A DNA stretch of 64,000 nucleotides, from contig CM060732.1 of assembly GCA_030704615.1 (NCBI GenBank), forward strand, positions 2,170,001 to 2,234,000, in the 5' to 3' direction. The notes under the pieces were generated by a model. It made no database searches. It was not told the DNA's origin and was given only the letters and a program-made list of their open reading frames with translations. Below, piece by piece: positions 11,495-25,018 of this stretch (position 1 is the first letter of the stretch; the number at the start of each line of letters is the position of its first letter). The position numbers were made by a program, and so were the translations under genes. This DNA comes from Takakia lepidozioides. Taxonomy: Eukaryota > Plantae > Bryophyta.

Positions 11495-13366
11495 GTTATT
11501 ATAACAGAACTCTGCCGCATCCAAGTGCTCCACCCAGTTCGATTGGTCTGTCGACACGTAATTCCGCAAGATTTGCTTCACCACAGAATTCACCCTTTCC
11601 GTTTGGCCGTCCGTCGTAGGTCGGAAGGCGGTGCTCATTTTGAGCCTCGTCCCCATTTTCTTCGAAAGTACCTTCCAAAATTTACTAGTAAACTTTGGAT
11701 CGCGGTCCGAGATAATATCCTTCGGGAGTCCATGATGCTTGAAGACGTGGGCGAAGTAAAGTCGCCTCGTCTCCTGCGCCATTGCCGTCTCCTTGGTGGG
11801 GATGAAATGACCCATTTTACTGAACCTATCCACCACCACCATGATTGCATCGAATCCTTTTGACAGCGGCATAGCAGTCATGAAGTCCATCGAGACACTT
11901 TCCCAAGACCCCTCTGGAATCGGCAAAGGTTGTAACAGCCCCGCTTGCTTTTTGTACTCGCTCCGGTTTTGTTGGCATGTGGTGCATGTCTTGACATACT
12001 CCTCGGACTCCTCCCTCAGTTTGGGCCAGAAATACTCTTTCTTCAAGAGTGCCGCGGTGCGCTTGGCTCCGCCGTGGCCCGCAAGCGGGCCATCATGACA
12101 TTCTCTCAAGAGACTATCTCTGATCCCTCCCATCGGCACATAGAGACGTTTTTTTTTATACCGGAGCAGTCCATTTTGCAAGTGGAACTGCGATTTAACC
12201 CCCATCCTCAAGTCTCGCGTCACGGACTTCGTCATCTCATCCTGCCGGTAAGCCTTCCGAATCTTCCTTTGGAGCGCCGTCTCGCCCCTGTACACCATCA
12301 TGAGCTGCTGCTTTCTACTTAAAGCATCTGCCACCACATTGTCCCGTCCCGGTTTGTACTGGACATCCACGTCGAACAGTGCCAAAGTGTCTTGCCGCCT
12401 AATTTGTTTTGGGGACAACTTAGGTTGCGTGGCAAAATACTTCACCGTGACATTGTCCGTGAACACCTTCACCGGGTTGGAGCCAATATAGTGGCGCCAA
12501 AGCTCAAGGCAATGCTCCACCGCCTTCATTTCTTTCTCGTGCGTTGGCCACCGCCGCTCCACTTCATTCAGTTTCTTATTTTCGTAAGCCACTGGACGTC
12601 CCTCCTGCATGAGTACACCTCCAATCGCGAAGTCCGACGCATCCGTATGAATCTCAAATGGGCAGTCGAACTCCGGGATTTTCAGGACTGGAGCTTGCGC
12701 CATCGGCTGCTTCAACTCGACAAAAGCTTGGCCACAAAAGGTGTTCCATACCCAGACTTTGGATTTATACAGGAGGTCTGACAGCGGCCCCGCAATCTTG
12801 GCAAAATTTCTCACATACGTTCGGTAATAGGAGGCGAGTCCTAAGAAGGATCGCACTCCTGGGATCAAAGTCGGAGGCTCCCAGTCCAAGATTGCTCTTA
12901 CCTTTCTGTCATCCATTTTGATCCCATTTTGTGTAATCACATGCCCCAAGAACTCCACTTTTGTGACCCCGAATTTGCACTTTGAAGCTTTGGCATACAG
13001 CTTCCCTTCCCGTAATTTCTGGAACACCCTTTTGAGGTGCTCCAAGTGCTCTTCCTTTGTTTTCGAGTACACCAAGATGTCGTCGATGTACACGATCACA
13101 AAGTCGTCCAACCACTCCTGGAAAAGGCTGTTCATTAGCATGCTAAAGGTTGCGGGTGCGTTGGTGAGCCCAAAGGGCATCACCAAGAACTCATAGGAAC
13201 CATACCTTGTCCTGCACGCGGTCTTTTCCTCATCTCCTTCCGCCACTCGAATTTCATGATATCCGGAGCGCAAATCGATCCGGCTGAAATACTTCGCTCC
13301 TGCCAACCGATCGAAGACGTCATCGATCATTGGCAAAGGGTATCGGTTTTTGATAGTCGCCTTATT
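11495..13366 (-). pseudogene. pol (RT-RH-IN) of A1; RT N-terminus deleted, IN cut by B
   Basis: ORF 11411-13369: [18 protein letters not shown]...CTTCQ, SMDF, SDRD, TDGQTER. Confidence 0.93.
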
Positions 13367-15075
13367 CAATCTGGGCTCGGCTCCCCATCGTCTTTTTCCT
13401 TCACTTGTCTTACGTAAAGCAAAAATTGGGGTTCGTGTGGCTCCTTGCTCACTCCCTTGCTGACAGAAGGTTTATTCGCCCTCCCATGGGGTTGGGCGTT
13501 TCCGACACTCGTAAAACTTCGCCACCATTCCCACACGGTAGCGTGACTACTCTTTTGCGGCCATCTATGACCGCTCCGGATCTGCTCAAAAAGGTTATCC
13601 CCAAAATGAGATCCACTCCATCGATCTCGCAAATGGTGAAGTTCTCACGTCCCTCCCAACTCCCGAACTGAAGAGGAACATCGAACGCCAACCTCGTCGC
13701 CAATTGTGGTTCTCCTTTAGCAGAACGCACCTCAATCGAGGCCCCTACATCACTTGTCGGGAGTCCCAGCTTCCGTGCCGTTGCCGGTGTCATGAAGGAG
13801 TGCGACGCTCCTGTGTCCACCAACAACGATACATTAGTTCCGGAGATTATCCCACTCACAAACATTAACTGACTCACTTTACGCATGGCGCCAGTTTCCT
13901 GATACAACTCACAAGAGTAGTTGGCGACCACCGCCTCCACCAAGCGGCTGATGGAGGCTTCGGATAATTCCGTGGTTGCCTGAGTCATGTTCAATTGTCG
14001 GGGATTTGTACACTTCTTGGCCATGTGCCCGGGCTCCCCGCAATTAAAGCACACTCCATCGAAGGTCGCCTTCTATCCGCCATTAGCCGCCGCACCTGGT
14101 TTCCCTTTCGGGGCACCGGGTGTCGTCTTGACGTGTGAGGGCCCTCCCTTCGATTTCCATGTGCCATTGTCGCCGCGTGGCCTATCCCACTTCTTTCCGG
14201 TCGGAAGGAGTCACCTTCCCGCCGGACCTTCTTGTGGTTCAGCTCCGTACGGCCTTGTCTTTCGCCCCTAGGGACATCCGAGAAACATTCAGCCCTTTCA
14301 ATTGCCTCGTTCAAAGTCTTAGGTGGCTTCTCCTCCAACTTCCGTCTGGCCCATGGGGCCAGTCCCACCACAAAATTGAAGACCATTTCTAGATCTGGTT
14401 CTGCCATGTCCGCGACTTCGAGCAACAGCACATTGAAAGCCTGAACATATCTCCGAATGTCATCCGTTTGCTTCAAATTCCTCATCTTGTCCCGGGCGAG
14501 CCAGGACGCGTTGAGGGGCACAAACTGTCTCTTCATGAGTTCCTTGAACCCACTCCAGTTCAAGGTCTCCGGTTTGGACCTCGGTCGTGAAGGCGTTTCT
14601 GCGACCATTGTTGAGCATAGCCCCTCAAATAGGTGGGAGCCACTTCCACCCGATCCTCGTCATCCAACTTGGCCGCCCGGAAGTACTGCTCTAGCTCCAA
14701 GAGCCAGGTGTTGAGTGCCTTCCGATTTCGGACGCCCTCGAAGATGCCGGGTTCCTTAGGCTTCACCTTAAACTTTGCCTTAGTGGAAGTGGCATTAGTT
14801 GCCTTTAACACGTCTTTCAACGTCCCACCAAACTGCGCCAACAACCCTTCCCAAAAGGCTGCTGGCATGGGAGGCATCTGTTGGTCCGTCGGAGCTCTCA
14901 GGGATTCCTCGGGCTCCGACTCCTCAGATTCCTCCCGTCCTTGAGCGGCCTCGCTTCCAAAGGCATGCATCGTTTCGTCAAATGGCCGCTTCGGTGACAC
15001 GTCGCCCCCATTGGGCTCACCAGGATCATCATCTTTCGGGCCGTTCCGCTTTCGCTTTGGCTTGCCCGACCCCAT
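13367..15075 (-). pseudogene. gag and protease of A1 (frameshifted)
   Basis: MGSGKPKRKR start, KPKEPGIFEG...YLRGYAQQW gag, [14 protein letters not shown] knuckle, [10 protein letters not shown] protease. Confidence 0.9.
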
Positions 15076-15116
15076 GATGAGGCCGATCCCAAGGACGATC
15101 ACGTACTGAACTCTAA

Positions 15117-15128
15117 GCTCTGATACCA
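15117..15128 (-). promoter_or_regulatory. Primer binding site (tRNA-iMet) of A1
   Basis: TGGTATCAGAGC on the minus strand, 2 nt from the LTR. Confidence 0.92.
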
Positions 15129-15130
15129 AG

Positions 15131-15853
15131 TGTTGCGCACCTCACTTCGGTAAGCTCCCCTTCAAGTCATAGTTACTTGCTTGAAGCGCGCGCCTAACTC
15201 CCAAACTGGCCACCGAGCCAACTCGGAGCTTCGGCTGCTCACCGGGGCATAACGGTCCCCCTTTACTCCTCCACTAGACCCTCTCCCAATTTGGGCCTAG
15301 TGGAAATTCCCTTTGGTCGATGGCAGTCCGGAATAGTTCCCCACACCTTGGTCGCTTTCCGGCTCGTACGCTTACTCACTAGTTTTTGGACACCAACGGG
15401 CTTGCACCGTTCTCGGGGTTACTACTCCCTATATATACTTCTGTGACTGTCCGCGGGGGTTTCACAAACAACACCACCATTTTATGGCGAACCACCACGA
15501 AAACCCTCGATTCCCGTTGATGAGTCGCGGTGAGTCTTGGCCCACCCACCACGGTCCCCTTGGACCGTGATGAGTCCCAAGACTCCCCACGACTCCCACC
15601 ACAAGGTCTCCGCCCCCATGGTGAGTCCTATGTCACCCCCACTAAGTCCCACTAAGCTACCACCACCCCTTGTGGAGCCACCCCCACCGCAACCCGGTGT
15701 GCGGGGCTCCACCTAGTGAGTGCCTCCGCCTCCTCGAGTGCTTTGGGCACTCGAGGTTGCTTCAGCCCCCGTACCTATTGCTGCCACCGCCCCCACCACA
15801 GGGACAGCCCTCTGCGACCCGACCCCCTGCCCTCAAGGCAAAGGGCCGCGACA
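15131..15853 (-). repeat. 5' LTR of A1 (723 bp)
   Basis: TG...CA termini (TGTCGCGG...GCGCAACA on minus); homologous to 1-367 and 59595-60312. Confidence 0.92.
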
Positions 15854-16102
15854 GTCAATGCAATCAGATTCATGCACCAAGGACACCACCTCCTCCAATG
15901 GGATTCCTGCTGCTGTGCTTGCATGATTTCCACCTGCTCCACTGGAAGAGGACCTACCTGGGAAGAGGCGGGCACATGACTTAGTCTGCACCGGAGACAC
16001 CTTTGGCACAGAGAAATTGACCCTGTCCGGGCGATGGGAATCTCCATCCGACCCTGGAGGAGTGTTCAATTTTCTTTTGCATGATCCAAATGTCTCCTCG
16101 CC
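15854..16102 (-). other. Orphan coding-like fragment between A1 and C1
   Basis: Not part of families A, B or C; open minus-strand frame GEETFGSCKRKLNTPPGSDGDSHRPDRVNFSVPKV...VVSLVHESDCID. Confidence 0.4.
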
Positions 16103-18697
16103 TTGGTCCAACAAAGTCTAGTCCCCATTTCTGAAATGGTTCCGTAGGCATTGTAGGATGCAAAGCCATCTTCCCAGATCTCTGCAAAGGTCCTAGCCTC
16201 TGACATTCATCACAACTCTGACAATACTTGTGTACATCTTTGAACAAAGTAGGCCACCAATAACCTGCCAGTAGTATCTTCCTACTGGTAGTCTCTTCTC
16301 CAAAACCACCTCCAGCCACTCCTTTATGAACTTCTTCCAAAACTTTATTTACTTCATGGTGGTACAAGCATCATTTAAGTACTCCATCAGGTCCTAGCTT
16401 ATACATTCTGCCTCCTACCATAGTATAAGGTAGAGCCTTGATAGCGATTCTCTTCCTCTGCTCCTTACCATAACTAGGTGGGCATTGACCATGAGTAAGG
16501 TAGTATCTGATTGGCCACTACCAATCTAACCATTCATCTGCACTTCCTTGCACCTCCATTACAAATAAACTTGCATCAGGTAACTGATCGTCTACTCCTG
16601 TGGCGGCCTCTCCCGTTGTTAGTCGTGACAAATGATCTGCCACAAGATGCAAACGGCCAGGCTTGTAAACAACTTTGAACTCAAACTCGTGCAAGATTAT
16701 TAACCACCTCGCTATCCTTCCACTTATCAAAGGTTTGTTCACCAGATATATCAGAGCCTGGTGATCCACATAAAACATAAACTTTCTTCCCAATAGGTAA
16801 TGCTTGAATGTCTTGACTGCATAAATCATTGCGAGTGCTTCTCTTTCAGTTGTGCTATAGTTCCTTTCAGCACTGTTCATCAACCTGCTAGCATAGTACA
16901 CAGGTGAATCTATATTTCCTATAACATTCTGGGCTAACACCGCTCCCAACGCTTCTCCTGAGGCATCACAGTGAAATGAAATATCATATGCCAGTGAGGG
17001 TTAATCAGCACAGGTGTAGTTGTTACTGACAATGTAAGTTTCTCAAAAGCCTGTTGACATTCAGCTGTCCATGCAAACACTGCATCTTCTTTCTTCATAA
17101 GCTTGCTCAATGGTGCTGCTATCTGTGCATACCTTTTGACAAATCTTCTATAAGAACTGGTTTGCCCAAGGAATCTCCTTAGACTCTTAACATTTACTGG
17201 TGGTGGAGAGGCTTTGATGGCCTCTGTCTTCCTGGGATCCACAAGAAGTCCCCTCTTACACACAATGTGTCCCAGAAGTACCCCTGAGTTCACACAGAAA
17301 GTACATTTATTTGGATTCAGGCCCAAACCTCTCATTCTGCATCTGGCCAGACATAACTCTAACTTATGCAAGTGCTCATTCTTAGAGCTGTACACACTGA
17401 AATCATCCAAGAATACCTACATGAAATCATCCAGATACTCATGAAAAGATTCACTTATCACTCTCTGAAAGGTTGCTGGTGCATTACAAAGTCCAAAGGG
17501 CATGACTTTGTATGCATAAGCACCCCAGTCTGTGATGAAAGCTGTCTTTCCGTGGTCTTCTTCTGCCACTTGCACTTGATTATAACCACTGAAGCCATCC
17601 ATGAATGAGTACATCTCATGGCCTGCCACAGTGTCCAATACTGCTTCTGTGAATGGCAGGGGGAATGGATCCTTCTTCGTGCAAGCATTCAACTTCTTAT
17701 AGTTCACACAAACTCTTAGTTTACCATTCTTCTTGGGAACTATCACAATGGGTGACAACCAAGTTGTATACTCTATTGGGTATATAAACTTAGCCTCAGC
17801 CAACTTCTTGATCTCTTCTCCAACCTTCTGTGCATAGTTGGGATTCATTCTGTACCTCGCCTGCTTGATTGGTACTGGTTCCAGTTCAATCTTATGCTGA
17901 CAGATCTCAGGTGGTATCCCTTTTAGATCCTCGTAGCTCCAAGCAAATACATCTCTGTATTTGATGAACAAACTCTTAGCTTCTTCAAAGAATTCTGGCT
18001 CCAAATCAGCTCCTACCTTCACCATCCTCGGTTCCTCTTTAGTTTCCACATTCACTTCCCTCACCTGCTCATCAGCTGTGATTGTCCAACCAGTCACTAC
18101 TTCATCCTGTAAACTCACAGTGGCTGGTTCCTCTAGGATTTCCATTCCTCCTTCTCTTTCTTCATAGAAATGTGATGGGTAATTGCTGGTTTCCTCTTCA
18201 ATTGGTGTTGCTGACACTACACCACAACAGATACCTCTTAAACAACTTAGGCCTTCCAGCCACATCTCTGCAACCTGCTCCCACTCTGGGTGTGCAGCGA
18301 ACAGGGTAGCTTCCTGCTCCTCATCCAGTCCTCCTCTCCAGTCATACTCTCTGACCCCTCGAGGTCTTCTCGTAGCAGGTAATCTACTAGATTTCTTAGT
18401 GGTAATTTTGTATCTCGTGCATCCCATTATGCACAGTTAGTAACTGAGAATTCCAGTCATGGAATACCCTGGCCTGTTTCAGCCACACACATCCCAATAA
18501 TAAGGAGTAAGCCTCCATGACTTCATCCATCTTCAGCACAGTTATTGTGATCATAAAGATCATCTTCTGTATCTGTATCTTAACTCCTCTTATCAATCCC
18601 GATGGCTGTACACTTCTTTGATCTGCCATTGTTACAGTAAATGGGGCTGGTTTCATGTTACTTAGACCAAGCTTCTTCCTTAATTGGTCTGTCATGA
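16103..18697 (-). pseudogene. PR-RT-RH-partial IN of C1
   Basis: ORFs 18396-18695, 17417-18427, 16934-17410, 16518-16949 and 15981-16367, joined by stops and frameshifts. Confidence 0.9.
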
Positions 18698-21600
18698 TAT
18701 TTACTCCAGAGCCTCCATCTATCAGTACATCAGTTAGTTATGTGCTTCCAATTCTCAATTGGATTACTGGCATAGAATCATCAAAGTCCATGACTGTTTT
18801 CTCGCCCTTCCGGCTTCACATTATAACTGGTCACCTTGCTGTTCAGGTCTGTGTTTCCTGTCTCCTTGGCAATTCGATTGATTGCTTGATACAGCCTGTG
18901 CCTACAATAAGGTGCCACAGCTAATAGCTGTCCACTGGTAATCTTTGCTTTGGTCTGGCATATTACTTCAGCCAAAGTCCCTTCATTACTTTGCATGTCT
19001 GCAACTTCTTTCTTCCTTTCATCCTCACTCACTTCTTCTTCTCCATCAGAATCAGAGGAATCTGCCACAGGAATATCAGTACTCTTCTGCATTTCCCTTA
19101 TGGTATCTGCCACTTCCTTGTGCAGTTCCTTCTCATCTCTCCAAGCCTCATCATCTTTAGGCATATCACTGCCATCTTCATTATCATCATCTTCTTCAAC
19201 TACTGGAGGTATTAGTTTGGCTTTGCTTCTTGTTACTATCATTGTACTTACTTCTGGTACAACACATGACCTAACCATGTGAGCTGCCACCACTGGGCCC
19301 TCATTCACAGAGCTCTCATCTCATTCTGGTGTCTAATCCAGAATGAACAGGCTGCCTTGCGATGTCCTGGCTGATTACAATAGTAACACAGTTCTTCACC
19401 ATTGGGTCCTTGCCCTTGGTCTGCTCTTGGATTATTACTGTAATGTAATCTTGATTCCCTGGCTGGTAATTCCCCCTTGGATTACCCTGATAGTTGCCTC
19501 TGGAATTTCCTTGGTAATTCCCTCTTGAATTACCTCCCCCTTCCATGCCATTGTTATAACCACCAGGCCTACCATAGTGGTCCTGATCACTGTTTCTTCT
19601 TGGCTGGGGCTGCACTTGATGCACCATTACTTGCCTAGGTTCTCTTGCAGCTGTCCTTCTGTTGTAGTAACAATTCTCAGTAGAATGGTTATCCATTTTA
19701 CAGATAGTACAGTGTTTCTCCTTCATGTGGCATTCTGTGTGGTATGTCCTTCATTCTGGCACTTTGCACACCAAACACCCTGTGTTGCACATGGGTGGGT
19801 TGGAGGGTCCTCAGCATTCCCATTGCTCAATTTGTTTGCAGTTTCAAATGCCTCCTCCACTGTATTATGGGGTAACATATCCACTTTCTTCTGCAACTCT
19901 GGTCTTAGTCCACTCACAAACCAAGTCTTCTGTAAACCTGGTACTGGTACAGCAGCCAACTTTTTCATCATCAATTCCATCTTTTCCATATACTCCTCAA
20001 CAGTTCATGCTTCTTTTGCTTTAACTGTTGTAAACTTCCATACACTTCATCCTCAGTTTACTTGTCCTTAACCTATTTCGGAATGCTGTATTCAAGCCAT
20101 TCCAGGTTGGAAATGATTATCAAAGATCTTGCATACCATTCACTTGCTTTCTTGATAAGTGAACAAGGAAACAATCTCATCTTGGCATCATCGCCATTCT
20201 ATCATTGTTCACTATACACATGTGCTCAAATTGGCTAATGTGTACATCGGGATCCCCTTTTCCTGAATATATTGGAAAAGATGGTTTTGCCCGTCTTGGT
20301 TGTAAGCCATCTGTGGCCCTACCTTCTGCCCACTGACAGGTGCTGGCACCCTTGCTGGTGCTGGTCCTTTCTGGACCTGTTGTTGTTTGTGGTGGATCTT
20401 CCACCAAGTGGTGGCCCTTGAGCACTCCCTGCTTCTGGCCCCACGATATTCACAGTATTCCCAGCTTCAGTTGCACTACTTCCCACACTCCCTGTCCCCC
20501 CAGGCCAGATCCAGGCAGCCGCCTGATCCCCCTGAGCCGACACCTTCGTTGGCCTGTGATCCAAGTGCTCACTTGATCCAGGTCCAACGGGTTGGGATGT
20601 CCTGGTTGTAGTCTCAACCTCAGCTGTTGGGTCTACTTCTTCATATTCTTCCTCTTCCAATTTCTTCTCTCTGTTTTCATCCTCCAAGTTCTGCCCTTGG
20701 GTTTCTTCTTCACTCATGTAACTCAACTGCAATGGTGTTGGAGAGTCTGAACTCTCGTTGGCTCTGCCCACATCCGCTCCTCCTTCTTCACCTTCCGCTT
20801 CAGAAACTGGAGTTCCTGCTTTTGGTGTTCCATGCCAACTCCTATCAAAGATTTCTGTCAAATCTTTTATCCAGGGATGTACCTCAGATCTTTCACCTCG
20901 TGATTGATCTTCTTTCCGTACCAATTCCCTTAATCTTTTCTTGCAAAGAAACAGAAGGAGTGGCATCCAACTCTAGTTCTTCCGGTATGGGTGATGTGCT
21001 CTCTGATCTTAATGGTGTGAGAGGTCCAGATGATTCCCCTATGTCTATTCCTCTCTCCCAAAGATATGGATAATTAGCTTTCAGATAGCTTTCTCTTTTT
21101 GTTGAATATCTCTGGAGTCTAGCTTCTCTTTCATCACTCATGTCCCATGTCTTTCATTTCTTTTAATGTGACAATAACCAAAACTCTCTTCTGTAATATC
21201 TCTCGTATATGCCTGGGTTTCTTTCAAGCTTCAATGCACCCTTGGCTATACTAGAAGTCTCCGTTACCATATAACCATATGGCAAACAAGTCTGGAAAGC
21301 TGTTCTTGGTGTGAGTTTGATCCACAAAATATCCTTTGGAATCAAATTATTTACCAGTACGAGCTCTTCATGAGTATAAACATTCACCTTTCTTTCCTAT
21401 TTACTCCAGAACCTCCATCTATCAGTACATCAGTTAGTTATGTGCTTCCAATTCTCAATTGGATTACTGGCATAGAATCATCAAAGTCCATGACTGTTTC
21501 TCGCCCTTCCGGCTTCACATTATAACTGGTCACCTTGCTGTTCAGGTCTGTGTTTCCTGTCTTCTGGGCAATTCGATTGATTGCTTGATACAGCCTGTGC

Positions 21601-24600
21601 CTACAATAAGGTGCCACAGTCAATAGCTGTCCAATGGTAATCTCTGCTTTGGTCTGGCATATTACTTCAGCCAAAGTCTCTTCATTACTTTGCATGTCTG
21701 CATTTTTTTTCTTCCTTTCATCCTCACTCACTTCTTCTTCTCCATCAGAATCAGAGGAATCTGCCACAGGAATATCAGTACTCTTCTGCATTTCCCTTAT
21801 GGTATCTGCCACTTCCTTGTGCAGTTCCCTCTCATCTCTCCAAGCCTCATCATCTTCAGGCATATCACTGCCATCTTCATTATCATCCTCTTCCTCAACT
21901 ACTGGAGGTATTAGTTTGGCTTCGCTTCTTGTTACTATCATTGTACTTACTTCTGGTACAACACATGGCCTAACCATGTGAGCTGCCACCACTGGGCCCT
22001 CATTCACAGGAGCTCTCATCTCATTTTGGAGTCTAATCCACAATGAACAGGCTGCCCTGCGATGTCCTGGCTGATTACAATAGTAGCATAGTTCTTCACC
22101 ATTGGGTCCTTGCCCTTGGTCTGCTCTTGGATTATTTCTGTAATCCTGATTCCCGGGCTGGTAATTCCCCCTTGGATTACCCTGATAGTTGCCTCTGGAA
22201 TTTCCTTGGTAATTCCCTCTTGAATTACCTCTCCCTTCCATGCCATTGTTATAACCACCAGACCTACCATAGTGGTCCTGATCATTGTTTCTTCTTGGCT
22301 GGGGCTGCACCTGATGCACCCTTACTTGCCTAGGTTCTCTTGCAGCTGTCCTTCTGTTGTAGTAACAATTCTCAGTAGAATGGTTATCCATTTTACAGAT
22401 AGTACAGTGTTTCTCCTTCATGTGGCATTCTGTGGTGGTATGGCCTTCATTTTGGCACTTTGCACACCATACACCCTTCCTCCAATGTGTTGCAGCCTCT
22501 GTGGCATACTTCTTCAAGATTTCTTCCAATCTTTTCTCATAGTTATCCCTCTTCAACTTCTCCTTTCTCTTACTCTTCCTTTTTAGTTCTTGCTCTTCTT
22601 CTTCATCTGACTCATCCTTAGAGTCCTCATCATCCCTTCTCTCTCTCCAGAGCATTCCCAATTGCTCAATTTTGTTTGCAGTTTCAAATGCCTCCTCCAC
22701 TGTATTATGGGATAACATATCCACTTTCTTTTGCAACTCTGGTCTTAGTCCACTCACAAACCAAGTCTTCTGTAAACCTGGTGCTGGTACTGCAGCCAGC
22801 TTTTTCATCATCAATTCCATCTTTTCCATATACTTCTCAACAGTTTCATGCTTCTTTGGCTTTAAGTGTTGTAAACTTCCATACACTTCATCCTCAGTTT
22901 TACTTGTCCTTAACCTATTTCGGAATGTTGTATTCAAGCCATTCCAGGTTAGGAAATGATTATCAAGGAATCTTGCATACCATTCACTTGCTTTCTTGAT
23001 AAGTGAACAAGGAAACAATCTCATCTTGGCATCATCGCCATTCTCATTGTTCACTATACACATGTGCTCAAATTGGCTAATGTGTACATCGGGATCCCCT
23101 TTTCCTGAATATATTGGAAAGATGGTTTTGCCCGTCTTGGTTGTAACGCCATCTGTGGCCCTACCTTCTGCCCACTGACAGGTGCTGGCACCCTTGCTGG
23201 TGCTGGTCCTTCTGGACCTGTTGTTGTTGTGGTGGATCTTCCACCAAGTGGTGGCCCTTGAGCACTCCCTGCTTCTGGCCCCACGATATTCACAGTATTC
23301 CCAGCTTCAGTTGCACTACTTCCCACACTCCCTGTCCCCCCAGAGCCAGATCCAGGCAGCCCGCCTGATCCCCCTGAGCCGACACCTTCGTTGGCCTGTG
23401 ATCCAAGTGCTCCACTTGATCCAGGTCCAACGGGTTGGGATGTCCTGGTTGTAGTCTCAACCTCAGCTGTTGGGTCTACTTCTTCATATTCTTCCTCTTC
23501 CAATTTCTTCTCTCTGTTTTCATCCTCCAAGTTCTGCCCTTGGGTTTCTTCTTCACTCATGTAACTCAACTGCAATGGTGTTGGAGAGTCTGAACTCTCC
23601 GTTGGCTCTGCCACATCCGCTCCTCCTTCTTCACCTTCCGCTTCAGAAACTGGAGTTCCTGCTTTTGGTGTTCCATGCCAACTCCTATCAAAGATTTCTG
23701 TCAAATCTTTTATCCAGGGATGTACCTCAGATCTTTCACCTCGTGATTGATCTTCTTTCCGTACCAATTCCCTTAATCTTTCTTGCAAAGAAACAGAAGG
23801 AGTGGCATCCAACTCTAGTTCTTCCGGTATGGGTGATGTGCTCTCTGATCTTAATGGTGTGAGAGGTCCAGATGATTCCCCTATGTCTATTCCCTCTCCC
23901 AAGATATGGATAATTAGCTTTCAGATAGCTTTCTCTTTTGTTGAATATCTCTGGAGTCTAGCTTCTCTTTCATCACTCATGTCCCATGTCTTTCATTTCT
24001 TTTAATGTGACAATAACCAAAACTCTCTTCTGTAATATCTCTCGTATATGCCTGGGTTTCTTTCAAGCTTCAATGCACCCTTGGCTATACTAGAAGTCTC
24101 CGTTACCATATAACCATATGGCAAACAAGTCTGGAAAGCTGTTCTTGGTGTGAGTTTGATCCACAAAATATCCTTTGGAATCCAATTATTTACCAGTACG
24201 AGCTCTTCATGCATATGAGTATAAACATTCACCTTTCTTTCCTATTTACTCCAGAACCTCCATCTATCAGTACATCAGTTAGTTCTGTGCTTCCAATTCT
24301 CAATTGGATTACTGGCATAGAATCATCAAAGTCCATGACTGTTTCTCGCCCTTCCGGCTTCACATTATAACTGGTCACCTTGCTGTTCAGGTCTGTGTTT
24401 CCTGTCTTCTGGGCAATTCGATTGATTGCTTGATACAGCCTGTGCCTACAATAAGGTGCCACAGTCAATAGCTGTCCAATGGTAATCTCTACTTTGGTCT
24501 GGCATATTACTTCAGCCAAAGTCTCTTCATTACTTTGCATGTCTGCATTTTTTTTCTTCCTTTCATCCTCACTCACTTCTTCTTCTCCATCAGAATCAGA

Positions 24601-25018
24601 GGAATCTGCCACAGGAATATCAGTACTCTTCTGCATTTCCCTTATGGTATCTGCCACTTCCTTGTGCAGTTCCCTCTCATCTCTCCAAGCTTTCAGATAG
24701 CTTTATCTTTTTGCTGAATATCTCTGGCGTCTAGCTTCTCTTTCATCACTCATGTCCTATGTCTTTCATTTCTTTTTTAATGTGGCAATAACCAAAACTC
24801 TCTTCTGTAATATCTCTCGTATATGCCTGGGTTTCTTTCAAGCTTCAATGCACCCTTGGCTATACGTGAAGTCTCCGTTACCATATAACCATATGGCAAA
24901 CAAGTCTGGAAAGCTGTTCTTGGTGTGAGTTTGATCCACAAAATATCCTTTGGAATCCAATTCTTTACCAGTACAAGCTCTTCATGCATATGAGTATAAA
25001 CATTCACCTTTCTTTCCT
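18698..25018 (-). repeat. Three tandem copies of a segment covering the extra-ORF tail, gag and the start of PR
   Basis: Identical novel junction TCTTTCC-T-ATTTACTCCAG at 21398 and 24243; copies of 2700, 2845 and 775 bp. Confidence 0.9.
21438..23981 (-). pseudogene. gag of C1 (best-preserved copy)
   Basis: MSDEREARLQ start; YSGKGDPDVHISQF...LFPCSL...ASEWY gag core; CAKCQNEGHTTTEC, CTICKMDNHSTENC and CYYCNQPGHRRAAC knuckles. Confidence 0.88.

Larger units (their letters stand above)
1..15853 (-). mobile_element. Ty3/gypsy LTR retrotransposon A1, Galadriel-like chromovirus lineage; defective, interrupted by element B, runs off the window start
   Basis: LTRs at <1-367 and 15131-15853 (about 9 substitutions in the 367 bp that overlap); tRNA-iMet PBS; gag-PR-RT-RH-IN order; [29 protein letters not shown] and [21 protein letters not shown] resemble Galadriel. 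Lineage call is from motif recall, not a search. Confidence 0.88.
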
